Assembly: GCA_015233115.1 (NCBI GenBank)
Contig: JADFYJ010000003.1
Span: forward strand, 40,536 to 104,535
DNA from: Candidatus Omnitrophota bacterium
Lineage (GTDB): Bacteria; Omnitrophota; Gorgyraeia; Zapsychrales; Zapsychraceae
Direction of reading: 5' to 3'
DNA length: 64,000 nt
In this document: positions 1-9,949 of the stretch, piece by piece
Layout: every line of letters begins with the position of its first letter
How positions within the stretch are numbered: position 1 is the stretch's first letter
Position numbers and translations under genes: made by a program
The notes under the pieces: generated by a model
The model's input: only the letters and a program-made list of their open reading frames with translations
Database searches by the model: none
Told to the model about the DNA's origin: nothing

Positions 1-420
1 CAGTTTTTAAGAGATTTCAGCGTTAAAGTCAAATTGAATCCTATCCGCAATGTCCTGAAAGATAAGCGAGTGATTGTCGTGGATGATTCCATTGTGCGAG
101 GAACTACGTCGAGAAACCGGGTGGAAGCTTTACGAGCTGCTGGCGCGAAAGAAATTCATATGCGCATCAGCTGTCCCCCTATTGTGTCGCCGTGTTTCTA
201 TGGAATTGATTTTCCGAGCAAAAAAGAATTGATCGCGTCTGACCATACGGTCAAAGAAGTCGCGGATTACATTAAAGTCGATTCTTTGGCGTATTTGAGT
301 TTGGAAGGCATGCTGGCTGAAGTGAAGAACCGGGAGCAGTTCTGCACCGCGTGTTTTACGGGAAAATATCCGATTAATATACCGAAAACCCAAAGCAAAT
401 ATCTTCTGGAAGGAAAATAA
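1..420 (+). CDS. purF: Amidophosphoribosyltransferase, 3' part (runs off window start)
   Basis: PRPP-binding motif [33 protein letters not shown]; frame is open from base 1. Confidence 0.95.
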   Translation, partial: QFLRDFSVKVKLNPIRNVLKDKRVIVVDDSIVRGTTSRNRVEALRAAGAKEIHMRISCPPIVSPCFYGIDFPSKKELIASDHTVKEVADYIKVDSLAYLSLEGMLAEVKNREQFCTACFTGKYPINIPKTQSKYLLEGK

Positions 421-425
421 CTTCT

Positions 426-2033
426 ATGGGTAAATATATTTTTGTGACAGGTGGAGTGGTTTCAAGCTTAGGAAAAGGGTTGGCCGCTGCGTCAATCGGC
501 AAACTTCTCGAAGCGCGGGGGTTGACCACGACTATGATCAAGTGTGATCCCTATCTCAACGTGGATCCCGGAACCATGAGCCCTTTTCAGCACGGGGAAG
601 TGTATGTCACGGATGACGGAGCGGAAACAGATTTAGATTTGGGGCATTATGAAAGATTTACTAACGGGACATTTACCAAAGATAATAATATCACGGCCGG
701 AAAAATTTATTATTCAGTGATCACGAAAGAACGCCGCGGAGATTATCTGGGTAAAACTGTGCAAATCATTCCGCATATTACAGACGAGATTAAACGCGCG
801 ATTAAAAAAGTGGATAAAGAACGGGAAGTGGATGTGACGATCGTCGAGATCGGCGGGACAGTGGGCGACATTGAAAGTTTGCCTTTTTTAGAGGCGATTC
901 GTCAGCTGCGCTGGGAAGTGGGAGAAAATTTCGCGTTGAATATTCACGTGACATTATTGCCGTATATTAAAGCGGCGGATGAGCATAAAACCAAGCCTAC
1001 TCAGCATAGTGTCGGAAAATTGCGCGAAATTGGTATTACACCAGATATTTTATTGTGCCGGATGGAAAAGCATATCACGAAGGAGCAGCGGGATAAAATT
1101 TCATTGTTCTGCAATGTGGAACGCGAATCCGTCGTTGAAGCCGTGGATGTTAAGTGCATTTATGAGGTTCCTTTGTGTTTTAGAAAGGAAGGGCTGGATA
1201 ATCTTATCTTAAAAAAATTGCATATCAAGCGCGAGGATAAAGATCTGAAGGGTTGGGCAGATTATGTAGTCCATCGGATGAAACATCCTAAACATGAAGT
1301 TAAAATTTATGTCGTCGGAAAATATGTGGCATTGCAAGACGCGTACAAATCTATTTATGAAGCTTTAGTTCACGGGGGAGTTGCAAATTTTGCTAAAGTG
1401 AACATCGTCAAAGTTGACTCGGAATTATTGGAAGACGAAGATGTGGCGAAACGGTTAGAAGGAGCGGATGGGATTTTGATTCCGGGCGGGTTTGGCGATC
1501 GCGGCATTGAAGGAAAAATCCAGGCTGTTCAATATGCCCGTGAAAAAAACATTCCTTATTTTGGAATTTGTTTGGGCATGCAGGTGGCGACGATCGAATA
1601 CGCACGGCATATTTTAAAAATGGAAGATGCCAATTCGACGGAATTTAATAAAGAAACCACGTATCCGGTCATTTCATTATTGGAAGAACAGAAGGACGTT
1701 AAGAATATGGGCGCGACCATGCGTTTGGGCGCTTATCCTTGCAAACTTGAAAAACATACTAAGAGTTTGCGCGCATACGGAAAAGAAGAAATTTCCGAAC
1801 GACATCGTCACCGCTATGAGTTTAATAATGAATACCGTCAAACATTTATCGATGGCGGAATGGTTTTTTCAGGACGCAACGCGGCGCAGGATTTGGTGGA
1901 AATTATCGAACTTCCTGACCATCCTTGGTTCGTCGGGTGCCAATTTCATCCGGAATTTAAATCTAAACCGGATGCCGCGCATCCGTTGTTTAAGGATTTT
2001 ATTAAAGCAGCCGTAGAGAAAAGTAAAAAGTAA
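426..2033 (+). CDS. pyrG: CTP synthase
   Basis: [17 protein letters not shown]-terminus, GICLGMQ glutaminase Cys, HRHRYE, QFHPEF. Confidence 0.98.
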   Translation: MGKYIFVTGGVVSSLGKGLAAASIGKLLEARGLTTTMIKCDPYLNVDPGTMSPFQHGEVYVTDDGAETDLDLGHYERFTNGTFTKDNNITAGKIYYSVITKERRGDYLGKTVQIIPHITDEIKRAIKKVDKEREVDVTIVEIGGTVGDIESLPFLEAIRQLRWEVGENFALNIHVTLLPYIKAADEHKTKPTQHSVGKLREIGITPDILLCRMEKHITKEQRDKISLFCNVERESVVEAVDVKCIYEVPLCFRKEGLDNLILKKLHIKREDKDLKGWADYVVHRMKHPKHEVKIYVVGKYVALQDAYKSIYEALVHGGVANFAKVNIVKVDSELLEDEDVAKRLEGADGILIPGGFGDRGIEGKIQAVQYAREKNIPYFGICLGMQVATIEYARHILKMEDANSTEFNKETTYPVISLLEEQKDVKNMGATMRLGAYPCKLEKHTKSLRAYGKEEISERHRHRYEFNNEYRQTFIDGGMVFSGRNAAQDLVEIIELPDHPWFVGCQFHPEFKSKPDAAHPLFKDFIKAAVEKSKK

Positions 2034-2043
2034 ATAAATTAGC

Positions 2044-2125
<82 letters not shown>

Positions 2126-2142
2126 TTTAAAAGTAAAATATT

Positions 2143-2865
2143 ATGCCTAATAAAATCCAAATCAGCGCGAGCATTTTGTCTTCTGACTTTACCCATCTGG
2201 CCGATGAGATTAAAAAGATTGAAGATTCCGGCGCGGATATGGTTCATGTTGATGTCATGGATGGGCATTTTGTTCCGCCCATTACCATTGGCAGCGTTAT
2301 CGTCAAGGCCATTCGGCCGCTGACCAAGCTTCCTATTGATGCCCATCTTATGGTTCTTTATCCCTGGTCACAGATTGATGATTTTATCCGTGCGGGCGCA
2401 GATATTATTAGCATCCATGCGGAATGTTATGGAGAGTTGCGGCCGCCATGCAAAGGTCCCGGACAATTTCCGAAAGAAGTAGATCACGTCAATTCTGAGC
2501 TCATGCGACAGGATATAAAAAAAATTCATGCGGCTGGACGGAAAGCGTATGTGGTGTTGAATCCCGGCACGCCTTGTTGCATCGGCGGGTTACTTAACGA
2601 AATTGATGGGGTATTGGTGATGTCTGTGAATCCAGGTTTTGCTAATCAAAAATTTATGCCCGAGGTTTTACCTAAATTGCGTGAACTGAGAAAACAATTT
2701 TCCGGGTCTATTATGGTTGACGGAGGAGTAAAAGAAGATACTGCTTTGTTGATTGTTGATGCGGGGGCGGATATTTTGGTGAGCGCGAGTTATTTTTTTG
2801 GATCGAAAGATCCGCGGGCGGTTATAAAATATTTAAAAAGTTTGTCAAAGGACAACAAAAAATGA
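2143..2865 (+). CDS. rpe: Ribulose-phosphate 3-epimerase
   Basis: SILSSDF, HVDVMDGHFVP, DAHLMV, VMSVNPGF, VDGGV motifs; ~20-aa Cys/Pro-containing insertion after HAE. Confidence 0.95.
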   Translation: MPNKIQISASILSSDFTHLADEIKKIEDSGADMVHVDVMDGHFVPPITIGSVIVKAIRPLTKLPIDAHLMVLYPWSQIDDFIRAGADIISIHAECYGELRPPCKGPGQFPKEVDHVNSELMRQDIKKIHAAGRKAYVVLNPGTPCCIGGLLNEIDGVLVMSVNPGFANQKFMPEVLPKLRELRKQFSGSIMVDGGVKEDTALLIVDAGADILVSASYFFGSKDPRAVIKYLKSLSKDNKK

Positions 2866-3017
2866 AACTAAACCAAAGAGCGCAATCAGCGGTTGAATAT
2901 ATGTTGTTATATTCGATTGTTTTGGCTTTGGTGCTGGTGAGTTTTAAATATTTTATGGATAAGACCCGTTCCCACACAGAAACCTATAGTAATAGTATTA
3001 GAAAAGACCTCAAATAA
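2862..3017 (+). CDS. Small pilin-like protein with class III signal peptide (Flp/type IV-like), 51 aa, not in ORF track
   Basis: Hand translation MKLNQRA|QSAVEYMLLYSIVLALVLVSFKYFMDKTRSHTETYSNSIRKDLK; Glu at +5 followed by Tyr and a hydrophobic helix; ATGA overlap with rpe stop. Confidence 0.7.
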   Translation: MKLNQRAQSAVEYMLLYSIVLALVLVSFKYFMDKTRSHTETYSNSIRKDLK

Positions 3018-3029
3018 TTGTAATGCTTT

Positions 3030-3956
3030 TCAAATCCTCCGGTCACGCACGTAATTACTCTTATCAAAAGTTTTGGCGTATTTTTTTAAGTCAGCGCCTA
3101 ATTCGGCGATTTGCGCGACGTGGGTAATCGGTTGGTATTTATTGCTCACCACAGCGATGGAAATGGCTAAGAGACTGAATTGCTGATATTCGCCTTGCCG
3201 GTTTTTGGCAATAATAAAACCGCTGCCTCGGTCATCGTCTGTATAAAAGCCAGGGACTAAAGCATCGAAATCTTTAATAATACCTTCGCAAATCTTATCC
3301 GTTGGTTCATCCGCCGCCACGAACACAAAATCATCGCCGCCGATATGACCGACAAACGTGTTGAGGCCGCCGATTTCCCTGACATTTTTGATGATGGTAC
3401 GCGCCGTGGCTTTAATAACTTCATCGCCTTTTTCAAAACCATATTTGTCGTTGTAAGCTTTAAATTTGTCTAAATCCGCATAACCAACGGCAAAAGTAAT
3501 TTTCTTGTCAATGTTGGCTTGAAGTTCTTCCATGATCGACGTGTTTCCGGGAAGATGTGTTAATGGGTTCGCGTCTAAGCTGCGGACTGTCCGGCGCAAG
3601 ATCATTTGAATTTTAGCTATGAGAATGTCGGGAGCAAAAGGTTTAACCAAATAATCATCGGCCCCAGCTTGAATGCCTTTGATTTGGTCTTGAGCTTCGC
3701 CTTTGCCGGTCAGCATAATAACCGGAATGTGCTGAAGTAAAATATCTTTTTTCATCTCTTTGCAAAAATCAATGCCGTTCATGACGGGCATCATATAATC
3801 ACAAACGACCAGGTCCGGTAATTTTTGTTGAACCATTTTTAAACCTTCAAGCCCATTAGGGGCCTGAAAAACATCATAATTTTCCGAGAGAGTCAGTTCC
3901 AAGACATCTAGAATGTCGGGATCGTCGTCTATAGTAACTATTTTTTCGCGTTTCAT
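3030..3956 (-). CDS. Response regulator with GGDEF (diguanylate cyclase) output domain
   Basis: Receiver motifs IDDD, CDYMMP, GADDYLVKPF; NPLTHLPGN, DLDKFKAYNDKYG, HIGGDDF. Confidence 0.9.
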   Translation of the reverse strand: MKREKIVTIDDDPDILDVLELTLSENYDVFQAPNGLEGLKMVQQKLPDLVVCDYMMPVMNGIDFCKEMKKDILLQHIPVIMLTGKGEAQDQIKGIQAGADDYLVKPFAPDILIAKIQMILRRTVRSLDANPLTHLPGNTSIMEELQANIDKKITFAVGYADLDKFKAYNDKYGFEKGDEVIKATARTIIKNVREIGGLNTFVGHIGGDDFVFVAADEPTDKICEGIIKDFDALVPGFYTDDDRGSGFIIAKNRQGEYQQFSLLAISIAVVSNKYQPITHVAQIAELGADLKKYAKTFDKSNYVRDRRI

Positions 3957-3967
3957 AAAATATCTTT

Positions 3968-5485
3968 CTAGGCCGTTTCTTCGTGTTTAATATTGTGAGG
4001 ATCGAGCGGTAGGGTAAAATGAAAACTGGTTCCCATATTGAGCTGACTGGTGACCCAGATTTTGCCATGGTGCGCCTCAATAATTTTTTTGACCAGTGAT
4101 AACCCGAGCCCGGTGCCTTTCACGCTTTGGTTGATTTTGTTATCTATACGGTAAAATTCCGTAAATAATTTTTTCATGTCATCATTGCTCATCCCAATGC
4201 CGGTATCCACGACTTCGGTCTCAATGATTTGTTTGGCGTTGTCGTATTTGGCTTTAATCGTAATATTTCCGTGTTCCGGCGTAAATTTAATGGCGTTACT
4301 AACTAAGTTAGTAAAAACCCGGTCAATTTGTCCTTTGTCTAATAAGAGCTCCGGTATTCTAGCGTCTATTTCCGTGTACCAGTCAATATCTTTGGTTTTC
4401 ATAAGAGGGGTTAATACATCATGGACGTCTTCGATGATTTTAGCCATTTCATTTTTTGTGAACAACATTTCCGCTTTACCAGATTCAATCCGGGCTATAT
4501 CGAGCAGGTTATTGATCAGTTTAACCAGGTTATCAGAGTGGGTATTAATTTTTTCAAGGCGATTTTTTACAGATTCTGGAACTTCTCCGAGTTTGCCGGT
4601 CATGAGAATTTCCGCGTAACCTTTAATCGAGGTTAGCGGGGTGCGTAATTCATGGGATACCGCAGAAACGAATTCAGATTTTTTAAGACTGATATCCTGA
4701 ACTTCTTTTAAAGCCTGCTCAAGTTTTATTGTCCGGTCTTGTACTTTTGATTCCAGGATTTGAGTCGATTTGAAAACCTCTTCAAAGAGCCGGGCATTGC
4801 CAAGAGACTGGCCTATTTGACTGGCTAAAATAGAAATAACTTCTTCGTCCGCCCGGGTGATAGTTTCCGCATTGGATTGATTGCCGACGAAAATAATGCC
4901 GATCAATCCGTTTTGGTTTAAAATGGGCGCAATCACAAAATATTCGACAGTAAAAATGTGCTTGATCATCTCTTGTTTCTGCACCGGGGCAGTCGCGGAT
5001 GAAAAGGTGTGGCCTTCCTGGAAAGTTTTGACCAGGTCAGGATTTTTATTAATATCTGTGAGAATAAAATAAACGTCTTCAGTCTGGATGCCGACATTTA
5101 AGCGGGATTGTAAATTGTGATTATCGTCATAAAGAAAAATTAATTTTTTTTCATAACTGAGATTATTGGCCAAAGAATGCTGCAGGCGGTGAAAAATTTC
5201 ATTTTCATCTAAGGTGGTACTGATCAGGCGGGAGGTTTTTTGTAAAGATTCCAATCCGTTTAAGCGCCGGTCTAATTCTTCTTGAGCCTGGTTTATTTTG
5301 ATATCGGTTTTGATTATTTCTTTGGCTTCTTTATCCAGATTTTCAAAAGTGGATTTCAGTTGGTCGAGAGAGGTAGAGGCGGCTTCTAGTTTTTCGGATT
5401 TGCCCATGAGGATCGCGGCTAAAACCCCGGCAATGATCAACATGACGCAGATTCCAATCAATAAAATATATGAAATAATATCCAT
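3968..5485 (-). CDS. Membrane-anchored GAF-domain sensor histidine kinase
   Basis: N-terminal TM, GAF-like middle, H-box SHELRTPLTSI, N-box NLVSNAIKF, DTGIG, GTGLGL. Confidence 0.92.
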   Translation of the reverse strand: MDIISYILLIGICVMLIIAGVLAAILMGKSEKLEAASTSLDQLKSTFENLDKEAKEIIKTDIKINQAQEELDRRLNGLESLQKTSRLISTTLDENEIFHRLQHSLANNLSYEKKLIFLYDDNHNLQSRLNVGIQTEDVYFILTDINKNPDLVKTFQEGHTFSSATAPVQKQEMIKHIFTVEYFVIAPILNQNGLIGIIFVGNQSNAETITRADEEVISILASQIGQSLGNARLFEEVFKSTQILESKVQDRTIKLEQALKEVQDISLKKSEFVSAVSHELRTPLTSIKGYAEILMTGKLGEVPESVKNRLEKINTHSDNLVKLINNLLDIARIESGKAEMLFTKNEMAKIIEDVHDVLTPLMKTKDIDWYTEIDARIPELLLDKGQIDRVFTNLVSNAIKFTPEHGNITIKAKYDNAKQIIETEVVDTGIGMSNDDMKKLFTEFYRIDNKINQSVKGTGLGLSLVKKIIEAHHGKIWVTSQLNMGTSFHFTLPLDPHNIKHEETA

Positions 5486-5488
5486 ATT

Positions 5489-6682
5489 CTAGCCTATCGC
5501 GCAAATGACCACACTGCCATTTTGTAAGTGGGTCCGTTTTGAGGCATCACCGTTTTCCGAAGGACAAAATTCCCCGTTTGAATAAAAACCAATTGTTGGA
5601 ATTTCTGAATTAAAAATTTTATTGAAACCTTCATGTTCCTGGTGAGCAGAGTGGCCGAAAAGTTTTAGGCGGCTCATGGATTCAATGACCAGGAGGAGTT
5701 GAGGTTGTTTACCCCTTAATCCCGTTAATGCCTCATTAGCGGCAAATTCAAAAGCTGATTTGCACGATTCTTTATTTCCGATCATGATGTGGACTTCAGA
5801 GCCTTGAGCCACGTCTCCCTGACATAAGATACTCCCATCATAAAGAATGTCAATAGGATTCCGGAGTAAATATTCACCTGTTTCATAGCTGAGCAGTCCT
5901 AAAGGATATAAGATGGTCATTTTGCCTATGGGATCATTACGCAAATCATCCATTTTTTGCGCAAAAAATTCTTCATAAAGACTAGCCGCGGGTTTTTTAT
6001 CAATGGTATAGATGACGTTGCCGATTGATTTGGTTACTATGCGGGGTTTTCCGATCGGTCTCCAGCCGTGAGCGCTGCCAATGGAAACGGATATGCCGGG
6101 ACAGCCTAGCAGCAGTCCGACAGCACTATTAAGAAGAACTTCGTCTTGAAATATTTGAAAAGTTTTTCGAAAATGAAAATCATCACAACTCCCTGCGCCG
6201 ACCACGGGAAATACATTACCGAAAACAGAGCGTAACCCCATCAAAAGAAGAGATAGGTTTTCAATAACACCTGGAGTAAAGCATAAAAAAAGATCCCGGG
6301 ATTGGCTGGGGAAATCCTGTAATGTTTGTTGAGCGAGAAGGGCGCCGGCTTTAGAAATGTCTTGATAAGAATCAATGGACGCAATTTGTCCGATACCGAC
6401 CGTAAGTTCCGGATGATGAATGGTTAAAACGCCTAATCCGCGGGTAGAAATGGAATGCGGCAGAATGATACCGGCTGTTGAACAGCCAATAATTTTTGAT
6501 TCCGTGAAACTTTGACGGATAATAGGAAGAGTGATTTCTGGAGGATAATGGATGGTTGAAAATACAATGGTAATGGATGGACGCTTGCCGATTAATCCCC
6601 GACGAGCTTCAATCGCGGCTTTGCGCGCGGCCAGTTCGATATTCGGGTCTTTATTAAAACCGATCCCTATTTGAAAAGACAC
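5489..6682 (-). CDS. FIST signal-transduction domain protein
   Basis: IIGCSTAG, VVGAGS.DD, HGWRPIG, IGFYSNGE and LQN motifs typical of FIST N/C domains; upstream of HK-RR pair. Confidence 0.85.
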   Translation of the reverse strand: MSFQIGIGFNKDPNIELAARKAAIEARRGLIGKRPSITIVFSTIHYPPEITLPIIRQSFTESKIIGCSTAGIILPHSISTRGLGVLTIHHPELTVGIGQIASIDSYQDISKAGALLAQQTLQDFPSQSRDLFLCFTPGVIENLSLLLMGLRSVFGNVFPVVGAGSCDDFHFRKTFQIFQDEVLLNSAVGLLLGCPGISVSIGSAHGWRPIGKPRIVTKSIGNVIYTIDKKPAASLYEEFFAQKMDDLRNDPIGKMTILYPLGLLSYETGEYLLRNPIDILYDGSILCQGDVAQGSEVHIMIGNKESCKSAFEFAANEALTGLRGKQPQLLLVIESMSRLKLFGHSAHQEHEGFNKIFNSEIPTIGFYSNGEFCPSENGDASKRTHLQNGSVVICAIG

Positions 6683-6805
6683 TTTTCCCCCTTTATTTAA
6701 GCAATAATATATTAATTTTATAGATGGGTTTCAAGAGTGTCAATAGGAATAACATTAATATTGACGAGAAAACAAAATATGTTATTATTGATGCGGTTTA
6801 AATTT

Positions 6806-6857
6806 GGGACACAAAACTTAATTCGATAAAAATAGTTTGAATTAAGTATTATGTCCC
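6806..6857. repeat. Imperfect inverted repeat (GGGACA-type REP-like) in the tRNA-Glu leader
   Basis: GGGACACAAAACTTAATTC (6806-6824) vs GAATTAAGTATTATGTCCC (6839-6857). Confidence 0.6.
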
Positions 6858-6866
6858 TTGTTTCCT

Positions 6867-6940
6867 GGCCCCATCGTCTAGCCTGGTTAGGACGGAAGAT
6901 TCTCAGTCTTTAAACACGGGTCCGAATCCCGTTGGGGCTA
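6867..6940 (+). tRNA. tRNA-Glu(CTC); integration site of the adjacent element
   Basis: Acceptor GGCCCCA/TGGGGCT, anticodon loop TTCTCAG, T-arm ACGGG-TCCGAAT-CCCGT. Confidence 0.93.
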
Positions 6941-7040
6941 TTTGTACAATTTGTCGACGGAAATCGTACTAAACACACGGTTTCCGTTTTTTGGTCTATT
7001 TCCTGATTTTTCCCCTGTTTTTCCTGCTTTTACCATAGCT

Positions 7041-7063
7041 TGGGTTACAATTTGGGTTACAAA
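7041..7063 (+). repeat. Putative integrase arm-type sites, left (TGGGTTACAA x2)
   Basis: TGGGTTACAATTTGGGTTACAAA; near-identical copy at 15923-15945. Confidence 0.7.
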
Positions 7064-7480
7064 ATTTTTAAGCCTTCAAGGTTATTTCTTGAGGGCTTTT
7101 TTGTTTAATACCGCTTTTTTTGACCTCTGGGTTTGGCGGAATATAAATCAAACTTGGAACGATACGGCTCGTGTTGTGCCTTTCCGAACCACCGAAAACA
7201 AACGTCTTTGGGTGAGACAGCTAAGCTGTTCAAGAATCCTGAACGGTGCGAGGGAAGAAATAACTAAGAAAGAGTTTTGACCAACCAACCTGCATACATC
7301 TGGTCAACACTTAACTTAGTGTTTAGATATATTCATACAAGCAGAAAAGAACAGTCTGCAGGGAGGGGTGAACTATGTCGCTAGCGCTCAGAAAAGCCTA
7401 TGCACAATTCAATAAACGTGTTGGGGGTCAAATTAACTATAAAGGAAATCTAGTTCCATTCAAACCAAAGGAGCCTAAAA

Positions 7481-8095
7481 ATGAAAAACATCGGAATCTA
7501 CGCCCGCGTAAGCACCGGAGATCAAACCTCGGAGCAACAATTAGCCGTATTAAGGAGTTATTGCGAGAACGCGGGGCATAAAATTGCAGATGAATATATT
7601 GACGAAGGAGAAAGCGCGTTAAAGCAGAATCGGCCTCAATATTTACGATTATTAGATGATGCCCGAAAACGAAAAATAGACACGATTCTGGTTTATAAAT
7701 TGGATAGGTTTAGCAGAAGCTTAAAGGAGCTGGTTAATACGATTAGTACGATTAAAGGCTATGGGGTTAATTTTATCAGCTACACAGAAAAAGATTTTGA
7801 TACAACAACCGCAACCGGCCAGCTTATGTTTCATATTGTCTCTGCCTTTGCCCAATTTGAACGGGATATGATTTCAGAAAGAACAAAACTCAAACTCGCT
7901 TATTTAAAAAGCAAGGGCGTTAAACTTGGCCGTCCTCGTAAGGTTGAATATGATAAGGTTTTTGCTTTAAGGGCCAGAGGGCTGTCCTTGAGCCAAATAG
8001 GAAAAGAATTCAGCTGTGGTAGGGCAACAATATGTAAGGCGTTAAAAAAACGTATTTTTGATGAAAAGAAACAGACCGTGGCGGTGGTGGGGTAG
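7481..8095 (+). CDS. Serine recombinase (resolvase/invertase family) with C-terminal HTH
   Basis: YARVST catalytic Ser motif, KLDRFSRS, AQFERDMISER, LGRPRK + HTH; GGAG RBS. Confidence 0.93.
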   Translation: MKNIGIYARVSTGDQTSEQQLAVLRSYCENAGHKIADEYIDEGESALKQNRPQYLRLLDDARKRKIDTILVYKLDRFSRSLKELVNTISTIKGYGVNFISYTEKDFDTTTATGQLMFHIVSAFAQFERDMISERTKLKLAYLKSKGVKLGRPRKVEYDKVFALRARGLSLSQIGKEFSCGRATICKALKKRIFDEKKQTVAVVG

Positions 8096-8144
8096 TTTTT
8101 TATGTGTTTAGCCGCAAGAATGTGAAGAAAGGAAACCCATTAGG

Positions 8145-8504
8145 ATGGATGATCGTGATTTAAAGGGACGGTTTAAAAAAGGGAGCAACGCTAATCCTAA
8201 AGGAAACAACCAATTCACCTCGATTGTTCCAATGATAGAAGCTTTAGATAAAGTTGGAAAACAAAAAAAAGAGGATTTTTGGGTGATGGTAGCTCGAAAA
8301 GCTTGGGTATCGGATACTGTTTTAGTGCATATTTTGAAAAAGATACTACCAGATCGGAAAGAATTGGCTTATGACGAGAAAGATAATGGATTTAACCGTT
8401 TAGTCAGAAGCGTTTCTGAGATCTCAACTGAAGAATTAAGCGCCATAACTGAAATGTTACGAAATAGCGTTCAGAAAGGTGATCAGAACCAGATCAGGGA
8501 TTAA
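8145..8504 (+). CDS. Phage-type DUF5681-like / small terminase-like protein
   Basis: N-terminal RDLKGRFKKGSNANPKG motif typical of DUF5681 and TerS-adjacent phage proteins; helical remainder. Confidence 0.55.
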   Translation: MDDRDLKGRFKKGSNANPKGNNQFTSIVPMIEALDKVGKQKKEDFWVMVARKAWVSDTVLVHILKKILPDRKELAYDEKDNGFNRLVRSVSEISTEELSAITEMLRNSVQKGDQNQIRD

Positions 8505-8598
8505 CAATTGTATTTTTGGAAAAATTAAAATATAATGCATACAGTTTCGTGTGACGCAAGAATATGTTATACTAATTGTAAATTAGGGGGAGAAGTTT

Positions 8599-9255
8599 AT
8601 GGAAATTGAAAATAAATTTTGTAATATTGTTGTATTAGGTAATTTTAATCCTGCCATTCTTACGCACGAATTTTTGGTTGATATCTGTAAAATTGATTTA
8701 GAAAAGCCTATTAATTTGCAATTAACGCCAATACATTCTCAGATAAAATATCAAAAAAATAATATTTCATTTCTAACATCTTTAGATAGGTTTGAAATAA
8801 GCGAATTAAAACCAGAGGTTTTTGAAAATTCTATTATTCCGAAATGCGCAAATTCATATTTGAATGTGTTGAAATATACACCTATGGTTCTTTGTGGTGT
8901 CAATTTTCAGATTGATGCAAAAAATGTTGATTTGGTAAATTTACAGAACAGCTTTGTTAAACAAGGGATTGAGTTAAAAAAATTTTTAAAAGCCAAAAAT
9001 GTGACCAATAGGCATTCAATTGATATTGATGAAGCAAATAAAGAACAATATGTGGGATATGACGTTAAGTTTACGTTGCGGGATGGTATTTCCGGGAATA
9101 TAAGAGTAAAAGTGCTTGGTGAAAAAAATATAAATTTAAACTATAATTTTGAAGTTAGTTTAGAAAACAAAGATAATTTGAAATTGATCCTAGCTGATTA
9201 TTACCAAAGGGCAGTAGAATTTAAAGATTTTATTAATCATTTTATTAAAGGCTAA
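8599..9255 (+). CDS. Hypothetical protein, TIGR04255-like (IVVLGNFNPAIL motif)
   Basis: Good RBS (GGGGGAG); N-terminal IVVLGNFNPAIL and internal LKYTP...GVNF resemble TIGR04255-related proteins from recall. Confidence 0.55.
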   Translation: MEIENKFCNIVVLGNFNPAILTHEFLVDICKIDLEKPINLQLTPIHSQIKYQKNNISFLTSLDRFEISELKPEVFENSIIPKCANSYLNVLKYTPMVLCGVNFQIDAKNVDLVNLQNSFVKQGIELKKFLKAKNVTNRHSIDIDEANKEQYVGYDVKFTLRDGISGNIRVKVLGEKNINLNYNFEVSLENKDNLKLILADYYQRAVEFKDFINHFIKG

Positions 9256-9256
9256 A

Positions 9257-9949
9257 ATGAATTCTCTTCAAGAATTATCAAGAGTTGCTACAATAACGAA
9301 TTTAAGATTTACAACGCCTAATACGGATGCTTGTAATGAAGCCTTTAAGGTAAAACTTGAAAAGAGAGATGCTCTTTTGTATACGCAATGGACAAGATTG
9401 TTCGGACAAAGCCCTGTTGAGCTAAGAGATTCAAGTGATATAAAGTATGTTGTTAGCGTCGAGAATGATGATATTATGACGACAACTTTAATCAGCGATT
9501 CGTTTTATGTTTACAGTCAAAATTGGCGGCAAAGTACAAATGGTGCAGATTTTGGCGAAATATTCGCTTATGAAAAAGATGACAGCTGCGATGAGATAGA
9601 ACAAATTTATTTTAGTTTAAATTCATCTTTAAATTTGAAGCCAGCTGCCATCGGCGAAGAGATAGAAGACGCGGTTTTTGATTTCTGTAAAAAAGAAAAT
9701 TTATTACAAGAATTTTATGCGTTTGATTGTTTTATTAAAAAATGTTTCATAAATATAATAAATATCAATGTCAAGGCAAAGCCAGATCCGGAAATAAAAA
9801 ATAAAAATCAAGTGATAGTTGAAGTGTTTATTAAGGATTCTATTCGCGGGATTATTGATATGCAAAATAATTTTTTTGAGTTGGTTTTTAAGGAATTTAA
9901 TGGCTCTATTTTCGATAAATTCGTTTTAAAGTGTGAAAAATATGGATGA
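9257..9949 (+). CDS. Hypothetical acidic protein, candidate antitoxin or partner of the HEPN gene
   Basis: Starts 1 nt after upstream stop, overlaps downstream start; C-terminal DPEI..IVEVFI alpha/beta segment. Confidence 0.6.
   Translation: MNSLQELSRVATITNLRFTTPNTDACNEAFKVKLEKRDALLYTQWTRLFGQSPVELRDSSDIKYVVSVENDDIMTTTLISDSFYVYSQNWRQSTNGADFGEIFAYEKDDSCDEIEQIYFSLNSSLNLKPAAIGEEIEDAVFDFCKKENLLQEFYAFDCFIKKCFINIININVKAKPDPEIKNKNQVIVEVFIKDSIRGIIDMQNNFFELVFKEFNGSIFDKFVLKCEKYG

Noticed and set aside
6942-7280. 112-aa ORF starting right after tRNA-Glu
   Set aside because: TTG start without RBS, runs through att-proximal arm repeats and T-rich sequence, no recognisable motif
7375-7581. 68-aa ORF with a good RBS upstream of the resolvase
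   Set aside because: Overlaps the resolvase by ~100 nt in another frame and has no motif; could be real but cannot be supported
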